From assembly GCA_030390025.1 (NCBI GenBank), contig CM059432.1:57290001-57354000 (forward strand): a DNA stretch of 64,000 bases, written 5' to 3'. Positions 1 through 12,107 of the stretch are shown here, piece by piece. Position 1 is the first letter of the stretch. Each line of letters opens with the position of its first letter. This stretch comes from Squalus acanthias. Taxonomy: Eukaryota. A program made the translations under genes and the position numbers. The notes under the pieces were generated by a model. The model did no database searches, had not been told where the DNA came from, and worked only from the letters and a program-made list of their open reading frames with translations.

Positions 1-174
1 TTAGTTCTCAAAAATCTATTGATCTCACTCTTGACTATACTCAACGACTGAGCATCCACCGACCTCTGAGGTAGAGAATTCCAATGATTCACCAACGTCT
101 CAGTGAAGAAATTTCTCCTCATCTCAGTTCTAAATGACTGACCCCTTATCCTGAGACTATGACCCCTAGTTCTA

Positions 175-490
175 GGGGTAAGGTGGCATAGGTAGTTATG
201 TTACTGGACTAATAATCCAGAGGCCTGGACTAATGATCCAGAGTATAAGAATTCAAATCTGGAATTTAAAAAAAAGCTTCGATCAGTAATGATGACCATG
301 AAGCTACGATTGTCATAAAAACCCATGTGGTTCACTAATGTCCTTTAGGGAAGGAAATCTGCCGTCCTTACCCAGTCTGGCCTATATGTGACTCCAGACC
401 CACAGCAATGAGATTGACTCTTAACTGCCCTCTGAAATGGTCTAGCAACCCATTCAGTTGTATTCAAGAAGGTGGCTCACCACCACCATT
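175..490 (+). mobile_element. tRNA-derived SINE with a LINE-derived 3' tail
   Basis: A-box-like GGTGGCATAGG head. The 3' segment 463-487 matches the 3' end of the LINE at 1109-1133 (reverse complement) with 1 mismatch. Confidence 0.65.
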
Positions 491-1085
491 GTCCGTTAAC
501 CAATCCTCAATCCATGCTAATATACTACCCCAATCCCATGAACCCTAATCTTGTGTAACAACCTATTGTGTGACATCGTATTTAATGCCTTCTGAAAATC
601 CAAATATACTACATCCACTGGTTCCCCCTTATCTACCCTGCTAGTTACACACTCAAAAAACTCTAATAGATTTATCAAACATGATTTCCTTCTCATAAAA
701 TCATGTTGACTCTACCTAATCATATTGTGATTTTCCAAGTGCCCTGTTACCACATCCTTAATAATAAATTTAGCACTTTCCCTACTACTGATGTCAGGCT
801 AACTGGCCTACAGTTCCCTGCTTTCTCTTTTCCTCCTTCCTTGAACAGTGGGGTTACATTTGCTACCTTTCAATCTATGGGAGCTGTTCTGGAATCTAGG
901 GAATTCTTGAAGATCAAAACCAATTACTTTAAGTTCCTTACTCTCATTAGACCCTTGGTTCTCCACACTTTCCAATATGTTATTTGTGTCTTCTACTGTG
1001 AAGACATACACAAAATATTTGTTTAACGTCTCTGCCATTTCCTTATTTCCCATTATAGTTTCTCCTATCTCTGCCTCTAAGGGAT

Positions 1086-2745
1086 CCATTCCTAGTTGCC
1101 CTTGAGAAGGTGGTGGTGAGCCGCCTTCTTGAACCGCTGCAGTCTGTGTGGTGAAGGTACTCCCACAGTGCTGTTAGGGAGAGCGTTCCAGGATTTTGAC
1201 CAGTGACGATGAAGGAATGGCGATATGCTTCCAGGTCAGGATGGTGTGTGACTTGGAAGGGAACTTGGAGGTGGTGGTGTTCCCATGTGCCTGCTGCCCT
1301 TGTCCTTCTAGGTGGTAGAGGTCGCGGGTTTGGAGGTGCTGCTGAAGAAGCTTTGGTGAGTTGCTGCAGTGCATCTTGTAGATGGTACACACTGCAGACA
1401 CGGTACGCCAGTGGTGGAGGAAGTGAATGTTTAAGGTCGTGGATGGGGTGCCAATCAAGCGGGCTGTTTTGTCTTGGATGGTGTTGAGCTTCTTGAGTGT
1501 TGTTGGAGCTGCACTCATCCAGGCAAATGGAGAGTATTCCATCACACTCCTAACTTGTGCCTTGTAGATGGTGGAAAGGCTTTGGGGAGTCAGGAGGTGA
1601 GACACTCACTGCAGAATACCCAGCCTCTGACCTGCTCTTGTTGCCACAGTATTCATGTGGCTGGTCCAGTTAAGTTTCTGGTCAATGGTGACCCCCAGGA
1701 TATTGATGGTGGGGGATTCGGCGATGGTAATGTTGTTGAATGTAAAGGGGCGGTGGTTAGACTCTCACTTGTTGGAGATAGTCATTGCCTGGCACTTGTG
1801 TGGTGCGAATGTTACTTGCTATGTATCAGCCCAAGCCTGAATGTCATCCAGGTCTTTCTGCAAGCGGGCATGGACTGCTTCATTATCTGAGGAGTTGCGA
1901 ATGACACTGAACACTGTGCAGTCATCAGCCAACATCCCCACTTCTGACCTTATGATGGAGGGAAGGTCATTAATGAAGCAGCTGAAGAGGGTTGGGCCTA
2001 GGACACTGCTCTGAGGAACTCCTGCAGTGATGTCCTGGGGCTGTGATGATTGACCTCCAACCACCACAACCATCTTCCTTTGTGCTAGGTATGACTCCGG
2101 CCAGTGGAGAGTTTTCCCCCTGATTCCCATTGACTTCCATTTTACTAGGGTTCCTTGATGCCACACTCGGTCAAATGCTCCCTAGATGTCAAGGGCAGTT
2201 ACTCTCACCTCACCTCTGGAATTCAGCTCTTTTGTCCATGTTTGGGCCAAGGCTGTAATGAGGTCTGGAGCCGAGTGGTCCTGGCGGAACCCAAACTGAG
2301 TATCAGTGAGCAGGTTATTGGTGAATAACTGCTGCTTGATAGCACTGACGATGACACCTTCCATCACTTTGCTGATAATTGAGAGTAGACTGATGGGGCG
2401 GAAATTGGATGGATTGGATTTGTCCTGCTTTTTGTGGACAGGACATACCTGGGCAGTTTTCCACATTGTCGGATAGATGCCAGTGTTGTAGCTGTACTGG
2501 AACAGCTTGGCTAGAGGCACGGCTAGTTCTGGAGCACAAGTCTTCAGCACGACAGCTGGGATGCTGTCGGGGCTCACAGCCTTTGCTGTATCCAGTGCAC
2601 TCAGCCATTTCTTGATAGCACGTGGAGTGAATTGAATTGGCAGAAGACCGGCTTCTGTGATGATGGGGACCTCAGGAGGAGGCCGATATGAATCATCCAC
2701 GCGGCACTTCTGGCATTGCAAACGCTTCAGCTTTGTCTTTTGCAC
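1086..2745 (-). mobile_element. 5'-truncated non-LTR retrotransposon of the CR1/L2 supergroup (second family, here 'LINE B'), RT pseudogene
   Basis: RT motifs PVHKK, NFRPISLLS, QFGFR, GVPQSSVLGP, LADDC, YKAQVRSVMEYS across ORFs 2182-2745, 1819-2166 and 1174-1605, broken by stops and frameshifts. Confidence 0.9.
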
Positions 2746-3540
2746 TCACGTCTTCAGCTTTGTCTTTTACTTTCACCAATTTCTTCCTTTTTACATATGT
2801 GTAAAAGCTCTTACATTCTATTTTTATATTTCTTGCTAGTTTACTCTCATATTCTATTTTCTCCCTCTTCAGCACTTTCTTGGTTATCCTTTACTGATTT
2901 TTAAAACCCTCCCAATCCCCGTGCTTACTACTCTTTTTGGTTACTTTGTAAGTCTCTTCTTTAATCTAATACTATCCTTAACATCATCAGTTAGCCATGG
3001 TTGTACCACTTTTCCAATGGAGTTTTTATTCCCCAAGTGAATGTATATTTCTTGAGAATTATGAAGTATTTCCTTAAATGTTTACCATTGCTTATCTACC
3101 ATCATATCTTTTAATCTATTTTCCCAATCTACCTCAGCCAACTCGCCTCTCATAATACCTCTGTAATTGGCTTTGTTTAAATTTAGGACCCTAGTTTCCA
3201 ACTTAACCACATCACTCTCAACCTTAATATGAAATTCTATCATATTATGATCACTCTTCCCCAGTGAAGCCTTTACTATAAGATTACTAATTACTAATTA
3301 ACCCTGTCTCATTACATAATACTAGATCTAATATAGCCTGTTCCCTAGTTGGTTCCTCAAAATATTGTTCTAGAAAACTGTGGTCAATTTGCCCATCCTC
3401 CCTGCAATCTTTGTTCTCAACCACACCAATAGCAAGTACCTCGTACCTGTTGGACAATGGCAAAGGCTGATGTTCCTCCACCACTGCATCTGAGGTCCCC
3501 TTACCTGCCTGAGTCGCAGTCTTATCCTCCAAATCTAACC

Positions 3541-5429
3541 AAAAAACAACAGTCATCATGGGTGACTTTAATCTACATATAGATTGGGCTAACCAAATTA
3601 GTAACAATACTGTGGAGCAGGAATTCCTGGAGTGTTTACGGGATGGTTTCCTGGACCAATATGTTGAGGAACCAACCAGAGATCAGGCCATCTTAGACTG
3701 GGTATTATGTAATGAGAAAGGATTAATTAGCAATCTTGTTGTACAAGGCACCTTGGGTCGGAGCGATCATAATATGATAGAATTCTTCATTAAGATGGAG
3801 AGTGAAGTAGTTGACTCAGAGACTAGGGTCCTGAATTTAAATAAAGGAAACTACGATGGTATGAGGCACGAGTTGGGTAGGATTGATTGGGGAATGTCAC
3901 TCAAAGGGTTGACAGTGGATAGGCAATGGCAAACATTGAAAGACCGCATGGATGAACTACAGAATTTGTTCATCCCAGTTTGGCATAAGAATAAAACAAA
4001 AATGGTGACTCAACCATGGCTAACAAGGGAAATTAGGGATAGCATATGATCCAAGGAGAGGACATATAAATTGGCCAGAAAAAGCAGTAAACCTGAGGAT
4101 TGGGAGCAGTTTAGGATTCAACAAAGGAGGACAAAGGGATTAATTAAGAAGGGGAAAATAGAATATGAGAGGAAGCTTTCAGGGAACATAAAAACTGACT
4201 GTAAAAGCTTTTATAGATATGTGAAGAGAAAAAGATTGGTGAAGTCAAGTGTAGGTCCCTTGCAGTCAGAATCAGGGGAACTTATAATGGGGAACAAAGA
4301 AATGGCAGACCAATTAAATACATATTTTGGTTCTGTCTTCACAAAGGAGGACACAAATAACCTCCCAGAGATGTCAGGGAACATAGGGTCTGATGAAAGG
4401 GAGGAACTGAAAGAAATCAGTATTTGTAGGGAAATGGTGTTAGGGAAATTGGTGGGATTGAAGGCCGATAAATCCCCAGGGCCTGATAATCTACATCCTA
4501 GGGTACTTAAGGAAGTGGCCCTAGAAATAGTAGATGCATTGCTGGTCATCTTCCAACATTCGATGGAATCTGGAACAATACCCATGGATTGGAGGGTAGC
4601 TAATGTTACCCCACTATTCAAAAAAGGTGGTAGAGAGAAAATGGGGAATTACAGACCGGTAAGCCTGCCATCGGTAGTGGGGAATATGCTAGAGTACATT
4701 ATAAAAGATGTAATAGCAGAGCACTTGGAAAACAGTGACAGGATCGGACAAAGTCAACATGGATTTACAAAAGGTAAATCGTGCTTGACTAATCTACTGG
4801 AATTTTTTGAGGATGTAACTGGTAAAATAGATAAGGGAGAACCAGTGGATGTGGTGTATTTGGACTTTCAAAAGGCTTTCGATAAGGTCCCGCATAAGAG
4901 ATTAGCGTGTAAAGTTAAGGCACATGGGATTGGGGGCAAGGTATTGACTTGGATAGAGAACTGGTTGTCAGACAGAAAGCAAAGAGTTGGAATAAACAGG
5001 TCTTTTTCCGAGTGGCAGGCAGTGACTAGTGGGGTACCGCAGGGATCGGTCCTTGGACCCCAGCTATTCACAATATATATTAATGGTCTAGACAAGGAAC
5101 TAAATGTAATATCTCCAAGTTTGCAGATGACACAAAGCTGGGTGGGTGTGTGTGCTGTGAGGAGGATGCCAAGAAACTCCAGGATGATTTGGACAGGTTG
5201 GGTGATTGGGCAGAAGCATGACAGATGCAATATAACATGGATAAATGCGTGGTTATCCACTTTGGTGTCAAAAACAGGAAGGCAGATTATTATCTGAATG
5301 GCAATAGATTGGGAGAAGGGGAAGTGCAATGAGACCTGGTGTCCTTGTGCACCAGTCGCTGAAGGTAAGCATGCAGGTGCAGCAGGCGGTTAAGAAGGCA
5401 AATGGTATGTTGGCCTTCATAGCGAGAGG
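3541..5429 (+). mobile_element. CR1 LINE ORF2 pseudogene, 5' part; target of the LTR element
   Basis: Endonuclease motifs MGDFN and SDHN; RT motifs YRPVSL, YLDFQKAFD, GVPQGSVLGP. Cut at ..FIAR|G by the LTR element and resumes at 20147. Confidence 0.95.
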
Positions 5430-7063
5430 TGTAAGGGGTGACCTGCGGCTCTGTGCTTAGCCTGGGTGCTAGTGCGGGGTTAGGCCTTGTTGCCTGCTCT
5501 GGTCTCCAGCCAGCCTGGTAATACTAGACACCTGTGAGTGGTTCGACCCACTCGCCCTTACGGTTCTGACACTGGACTTAGGTGCGAGAGCAATAATGCA
5601 GAGAAGACTCAGGTAGACCCGGTTGAATATGCGAAATGGAAAATCTTTATTGCATATTATTCAAGATTACGAGATACATGTCATAAGCACAGATTAACGA
5701 CAGTACAATCTTACACACAGTTATGAAACTAATTTTAGGGAAACGAGGAGCGCACGACACATCGTAAAAGGGGACACACATTATAATTATCCTTAAAACT
5801 TAAACCCTCCCCTATCAATACCTGTCCTAATCTAGATTTGTAGGATCGAGACTCATGCTCACCACTCGGGACAATTCGGAGGATTCTAAATCGATGTTCG
5901 GATGCTTTCGCCACCGCACCTGACCACTCACGTGTTGGTCAAGGGTCTCTGCGCCTCACTTGTTTACTCGTTTCTGCTCCGGCTAGTAGGCTGGACCGCC
6001 TGCGGCCATGAAGATCTGTGTTGGTTTTCAGAGTTCGGACACCCCTCAAAGAAGAGTCTTCCTGTGCCCTCACCGGTTCGATAGAACTCGAAGAAGGGTC
6101 TTCCTAGGCCAGTTGTGGAGTAGCCGATAAAATTCGAAGAAGTGTTTATTCGACTTACAGGTGCGGTCGGGGCTTACTGACCGTGGCGATACGTATTGTC
6201 GTCTTCTTCTCTTCTCATCTCATCTCATCTCATCTCATCTCCTCTCGGGCCTTCGGTTCCAACACCGTTTACCGACTTCTCGGGATGGTGCGCCCGCTTC
6301 CAGGCCTCACAGCCCAGTTCTCCACAGATCTTTGCGGCAAGCCACGAGGTTGATCCTAGCGGATCAGAGTCCAGAGCCGTCAGGCAAGAGAATAAAAGTT
6401 CAGCAGCCTTCCAGCGAGTCAAAGCAGCAAGAGAAAGATGGACGGTTGTACCTTACAGTTATAGTGCTGTAATTCCTCTTTTCCCGCCCAATCTTAATGT
6501 CTATCTTTTGTCAGGGTTTTGGCGCTCAAACTTCTTGTATGGGGTGATCTCAGTCTTTAATGGGTTTCGGTGACACTTGTAACTGTCTGAGTACCCGTTA
6601 ATATTTCTCCCATTGTGGAACCGGCTAGTAGTCTCCCTGGAGGGGTTTTGGGGCTTCCAAATGCTTGCTGTGAGTACCCGCAAACGACTCTCTCATCGTA
6701 GAGTCGTGGGGATTTTGCATATTAATGTCTTTGGATGGGTCCTTGATCGCTCAGTACAATAGCCCTTGTTTGCACCTGGGAGACCGATTTCAGTATTCAT
6801 GTTTAAAGTGTAAACCCATCGTGTCTTGTCATTATCTCATCATGTTGGATCTTTTCGATCTTGCACAAATGTTTATTGGAACGCCATCTTGTCTGCCTAC
6901 TGAAAGTCTAGAACTTTCTGCCACGAGGTGTGGCGGCCATTTTACAGGCTGTTTGTGTCCATTTTGAAACCTGACAGCATTCTGCTGAAATAAAGCTGTT
7001 TATACGAAACTTTATGTCTCCTTCTTATTTTTATAAAATCGCGATAATTTTGCGAATTCTACA
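5430..7063 (-). repeat. 3' LTR (1634 bp)
   Basis: Direct repeat of 18513-20146 at offset 13083. Minus-strand AATAAA at 5646-5651. Internal (CTCAT)n tract near 6213-6242. Confidence 0.97.
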
Positions 7064-7075
7064 GTCCCTCCTGTT
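7064..7075 (-). promoter_or_regulatory. Polypurine tract
   Basis: Minus strand AACAGGAGGGAC directly abuts the TG of the 3' LTR. Confidence 0.6.
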
Positions 7076-7412
7076 GATGCGAATAACTCCGCTTATCATA
7101 TCAAAAACATTGTGGTGAGCAATATTATCTCGATTCTCCATATCCAAAAATTCCCATAACTTAAAACTATCTCGGGTCTCCGTGTCGTCCTTATTTCCCA
7201 GGAAAATTACATTCTTATAACACCATAGACAGCATTTGCCTTTAACTTACACCGCGTGTATTTCCTTCCAGGTGTAACCAGGCCGATGCCTCTCGCACCA
7301 CCTGCATATGCATATTTTTTTTATTCAAGGAAAAAGAAAACAAAAAACAACCAAACAAATCATATTCAACAACACCAAACCAAAATAATCAAAACCAACT
7401 CTTAAACATGTA

Positions 7413-8305
7413 GGGGTAAAAATTAGGTCGCGCCCCATTTGGGGCGCAAATATCGTCTGGACGCAAATATTAGCGCCTGCCGCTAATTATCGGCACTGAC
7501 TGGAAACTTCACTTTTACCGCCCCGGGAGGTGAGTGGAGCGCTAAATCAGGCGCTGCACACCTGTCTTAAGGCGCAAAGGCCAAGGAGTGAGGCGCTAAC
7601 TCAGAGCGCTGGCGAAGCTCATGTAATGTCAGTCAGCAATGGAACACACACACAATGGCACGGGCCAGTTCTTAAAGGGGATGGTTAATCTTGCTTTCCA
7701 TCCACATCCTGTTCATTGCAGCCTTGAATCTCGGCCTGGAGAGACTTGCACATCAAATGTGCTGGAAAGAACAATGGAGAGTACCAGGCAAAGAGCTCAG
7801 AGTGCAGCTCCCACAGTCTCTGCTAAATCGATACAAGGAATGGCAAATCAAAATGAACCTGCAAAGTGCTGCTCAGTACCCAAAACTCCTTCACACAACA
7901 TTGAATCTCTCCAGAAGTCTCTCCCTCTCTCTCTCAGAATGCGTAGTTCAAAAATGCCACCAACAATAAAAGACAGGAAGAGGCCCCCTTTAAATAGCGC
8001 CCCCCCCAGCCCCACAGCGATTGATAGCGTTCCAGTCTTCTGGTCGTTGGATGCGCCAGGCGGTAAGGCAGGGGGCGCCACTCAATTTCCGCTCCGGGGC
8101 GCCACAAGGGCGTTGCACCATGGAATGACGTCATAATCTGCGCACGCAGGTGGTCGCAGCGGTAAGTTTTAGCGCCGCCGCACAATCTCTAGTTAAGTTC
8201 CCGAGCGGCGCAACCATCGCTGCGCCCGGGCGTTAGCGGCTTTGCGCCCCATTAGCGCCCTCTTAAGGCGCTAACGGGAGGCGCAACCAACTGAATTTTT
8301 ACCCC
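7413..8305. mobile_element. PIF/Harbinger-type MITE inside the provirus 3' region
   Basis: Terminal inverted repeats (TIRs) GGGGTAAAAATT and AATTTTTACCCC; 3-bp TSD GTA (7410-7412, 8306-8308). Confidence 0.85.
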
Positions 8306-8407
8306 GTAGAGTTCCAAACTTAATTACAGTTTCTGAGAAAAATCACGATCAATTACAACACTTCCGAGGCGCACGTGGAAAAACTGGAGTGACGCCATTT
8401 TGTCCGT

Positions 8408-10554
8408 TTACGCGGTGCTTTCATCGTGCACGCGCACGTAACGTTCTCGCCACTCTCCCGTGTTTTCGTTCTTGGTGAGGCGTTTGCCTCTCTTACAGTG
8501 TATGACCAATAAGTATATCACAATAAACACTTGGCATACAACTAAAATGTGGGAGGCTATTCTAATCCAGGAAGGCACTTCAATGTTGGTGAACAGATCC
8601 CACCACGGTGGAATTACTATGTCTAGAATTTCCGTCCCTATCTCGACAGTCTTTTGTTCTAGGGTGTAAAAATGTTTTTGCGATACCGCGACGGCTTTCA
8701 AAAGCTTGGTGAGGTGTTCAGGGAGAGGGGGAATGAGGTATCCGAAATGCGCGACGAATCGCTGTAAGTCGGTGAAGTTCTCTTTTACTGTAAGATGAAC
8801 AGTGGATGGTTCAGGGATCGGGACAATTCGCTGTTGTGCCACTTGAACTTCCGCCCTGGGTTTAAAACAGAAACTGCTGTCACTCACCGGACACCGGCTA
8901 CGGTTTCCATGCTGGTAGTGTTGCGCTGCAGTGGTAACACAATATGTTCCACCCCCGATGTATGCTACCTGCGGAGGCACATGATCTTGTGCCATTGCCT
9001 CCATGGTGCAATTCATGGGCTTGGCGCCAGCCGTTCTGAACCCGCACTGTGGTGTTAAAAAGGCATTCAAGTGCTGGGGACACAGTATTATGTGTGCTCC
9101 CCGGCCACGACAACCAGAGAGATCTGTACCTGTCATCGTTTGCTCCCAGCGGATGACGTAAGGTGGAACCACTGCATAGCGAATGTGGGCTCCCCCCTGA
9201 ATGACACCAATGTTCTCTACCCGATACACCGGGGCGGGCTTTGCTGTGTCGCCCAAAACCGGCATACGTAATACTATACCCATGATGGTGTGGTTTGATC
9301 GTCCGCAGTCCACGGGGACTGGGTATGCTTCTGAAGCTAGCCTGAGCTGGCACGGGCTTAATGCGTTCTGAAAAGGGTGGAGCGCCTGCAGGTGTTTGTT
9401 ACTTATCCAGGACGGGACCAAACCTTGTTTTAAATCCTCCAAATTACTGCGGTCCTCGCCCAGTAACCACGCCCCGTAAAGCACGCACACCTCGTTCTGC
9501 GCAGTCTGATCGGACGCATTCCGATCTTCCCTAATCAGGGCATTTACCGTACGCGCATGTTTCTCTAGTTCAGCTATTATTTCTTTTAAATGGAGAGTCA
9601 TGGCCTGGTCCTCGTGTAACCCAGACCCAACCACCTTATTTTCATCTGTGAGAATATTCTTTAATTGTGTTTTTAAGCCATTAATCTGGGTCTGCAGCTC
9701 CACGCTGTCTAGAGCGTTGACCACAGATGTACCTGTATTGAAAGCAGTGAACATGTCGTTCACAACACCCCTTCTTTGCCTCCCTACCTGACCCAAAACT
9801 TCATGTGGTGCGGTGTACAAACTTGTTTTATCAATTTCCGCGAAATCGAACTCATAAAATTGCCTAAACATCTTGGTCAACAGGACCTGATATAACTGTT
9901 CCGTCTCTTTGGGGCACCACTCCGGCAACCGCACCTCGGTGAGGTTTAAAATCACCGAGGCCACCGCGTAATGTACCCCCTGAAATAGTATCTGGTCTGT
10001 AGGGACCAATACCAAACCATTCCCGGGTCCCTTACTGGTTTTTGGGCACCCTTCTTCCTTAGCTAGAACCACCGGAATTGTGGGCGGGGCCTTGCGTGGG
10101 CGCGTAATGAGTTCAGTGGCATTTACCGGGATCGAAGAGTATGGAGCTCCGCACCCCCTGGTGCTCGCATCCCACCTCATCCCCTGCCCGTTATCCTGCC
10201 ATTGATTGATGAAAAATATGGAGATGCCTTTGGGGCAAACTTGCTTTGACCCCCACATACATACATAAATTCCCTCATCCGGTTCCCACCATTTGTCCCA
10301 ACAGACTCTCACTTGTCCGTTTGTCCCCGTAATTGTCCGATGGGTATTATTACCCAGTCGCTCGCACTCAACCGAAGAGTTCCTCATGTTTTTGCTCAGC
10401 TTTCGCAGCCACCACCATCGGCTCAATGGGACATTCCCATTACAAGTCAAACAAATCCGTTTGCCGACGGTGACGCTGACTCTGGGTGCGATGATCCTCA
10501 CTTTGGGGCACATTAAAGAAGTCTCTTTGTAGGCAAAACCCGATGTACTGGAAT
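8408..10554 (-). CDS. env: Envelope glycoprotein, C-terminal 714 aa: Ig-like domain plus F-like class I fusion protein (gene split by CR1)
   Basis: Ig motifs VSVTVG..CLTC, W, DEGIYVC; furin site RQRR (9770-9781); fusion-peptide/heptad region GVVNDMF...LQTQINGLKTQLKNIL; long Cys-rich segment; second heptad; PPWWDLF; TM ILVVCQVFIVIYLLVIHC; basic cytoplasmic tail. Confidence 0.85.
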
Positions 10555-10557
10555 ACT

Positions 10558-10830
10558 CAGCGTCGACAGTGGGGGAGGAGGAGCCTTTCTTTCTTTCTCT
10601 CTCCCACAGAGCGGTCGGCAGCGGGGAAGGAGGGGCGGACCTGGTTGGAGCGGCAGAGGCCTGAGGTGAGTCATTAAAGGGAGGCCCGAGGCTCAGGTAG
10701 GCCTCAGACCAGCGTCGACAGCGGGGGAGGAGGAGCCTTTCTTTCTTTCTCTCTCCCACAGAGCGGTCGGCAGCGGGGAAGGAGGGGCGGACCTGGTTGG
10801 AGCGGCAGAGGCCTGAGGTGAGTCATTAAA
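10558..10830 (+). repeat. 152-bp tandem monomers (about 1.8 copies) at the CR1 5' end
   Basis: CAGCGTCGACAG...GGTGAGTCATTAAA starts at 10558 and again at 10710, near-identical. Confidence 0.9.
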
Positions 10831-11115
10831 CTCACCTACGTGGCCTTTTTCCCCAGCGGGGAAAGAGCTTCGCGGGCTTTTTCAAAGGCAGGGGGCGGGG
10901 CCAATTCATTGGTACCCGTATATAGGTGGAGCGGTTGCTAAACCCGAGACACTAAACTAGTAGTGACTCCCACCCTCCCACCTCCTCTAACCATTAGGGG
11001 TAGAGGGAATTTAAAAGGTAGGTTCGATTTTATATTTTGTTTTCAGGGACTTAACTCCTGGACCTAAGATAAATAAGTTTAAATTTTAGTAATAAAGTAA
11101 CATAAGGGTTAAGTC

Positions 11116-12060
11116 ATGACAGGAAGTCTCGGACCCGTTTCATGCTCCTCCTGTGCCATGTGGGAAACCAGGGACACTTCCAGTGTCCCTGACAACTACG
11201 TGTGCGGGAAGTGTGTCCAGCTGCAGCTCCTGACAGCCCGCATGGCGGTGCTGGAGCTGCGGGTGGACTCACTCTGGAGCATGCACGATGCCGAGAACTC
11301 GGTGAATCGCTCATTTAGTGAGTTGTCCACACCGCAGGTAAAGGCTAGGACAGACAGTGAATGGGTGACCAAGAAGCAGGGCAATATCAGGAAGGTAGTG
11401 CAGGAGTCCCCTGTGGTCATCTCCCTCCAAAACAGGTATGCCGCTTTGGATACTGTTGGGGGAGATGGCCTACCAGGGGAAGGCACTAGCAGCCAGGTTC
11501 ATGGCACCATGGCTGGCTCTGCTGCACAGCAGGGCGGGAAAAAGAGTGGTAGGGCTATAGTGATAGGGGACTCAATTGTAAGGGGAATAGACAGGAGTTT
11601 CTGTGGCCGCAACCGAGATTCCAGGATGGTATGTTGCCTCCCTGGTGCAAGGGTCAAGGATGTCTCTGAGCGGCTGCAGAACATTCTGAAGAGGGAGGGT
11701 GAACAGCCAGCTGTCGTGGTGCATGTAGGTACCAACGATATAGGTAAAAAGCGGGAAGAGGTCCTACAAGCAGAATTTAGGGAGCTAGGAGCTAAATTAA
11801 AAAGTAGGACCTCTAAGGTAGTAATCTCTGGATTGCTACCAGGGCCACGTGCTAATCAGAATAGAGAGAACAGGATAGTGAGATTGAATACGTGGCTTGA
11901 GCAGTGGTGCAGGAGGGAGGGATTCAAATTCCTGAGGCATTGGAATCAGTTCTGGGGGAAGTGGGACCTGTACAAAAGGGACGGTCTGCACTTGGGCAGG
12001 ACTGGAACCGATGTCCTCGGGGTAATATTTGCTAAAGCAGTTCGGGAGGATTTAAACTAA
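11116..12060 (+). CDS. CR1 ORF1p (zinc finger, leucine zipper, SGNH/GDSL esterase-like domain)
   Basis: CSSC...CGKC; heptad leucines; IVIGDSIVR, CLPGA, HVGTND and DGLHL esterase blocks. Confidence 0.92.
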   Translation: MTGSLGPVSCSSCAMWETRDTSSVPDNYVCGKCVQLQLLTARMAVLELRVDSLWSMHDAENSVNRSFSELSTPQVKARTDSEWVTKKQGNIRKVVQESPVVISLQNRYAALDTVGGDGLPGEGTSSQVHGTMAGSAAQQGGKKSGRAIVIGDSIVRGIDRSFCGRNRDSRMVCCLPGARVKDVSERLQNILKREGEQPAVVVHVGTNDIGKKREEVLQAEFRELGAKLKSRTSKVVISGLLPGPRANQNRENRIVRLNTWLEQWCRREGFKFLRHWNQFWGKWDLYKRDGLHLGRTGTDVLGVIFAKAVREDLN

Positions 12061-12107
12061 TATGGCAGGGGAATGGGAACCTATGTAGCGAAACAGGGGG
12101 AAGTAAT

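Larger units (their letters stand above)
1..3540 (-). mobile_element. Old fragmented CR1 LINE (ORF2 3' end, RT, endonuclease and ORF1 remnants), interrupted by a SINE and a second LINE
   Basis: Minus-strand pieces translate to CR1-like peptides: IMGNKEMAETLNKYF, IEYESKLARNIK, FLEQYFEEPTREQAILDLVLCNE and ORF1-like PLSNRYEVL. Many deletions and stops. Confidence 0.8.

Noticed and set aside
5538..6967. Short ORFs in the LTRs as accessory genes
   Set aside because: Mostly antisense to the element, short, with no recognisable motifs; they recur only because the LTR is duplicated.
7639..8136. 165-aa ORF between env and the 3' LTR as an accessory gene
   Set aside because: Lies wholly inside the Harbinger MITE and is antisense to the provirus.
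10555..10759. N-terminal ~69 aa of the 783-aa ORF 8408-10759 as the true Env start
   Set aside because: It is antisense CR1 5'UTR sequence with a GTG start and no signal peptide; the real N-terminus lies at 15144-15340.
10558..10830. CRISPR-like or satellite array
   Set aside because: Only about two contiguous units, no spacers, eukaryotic LINE context.
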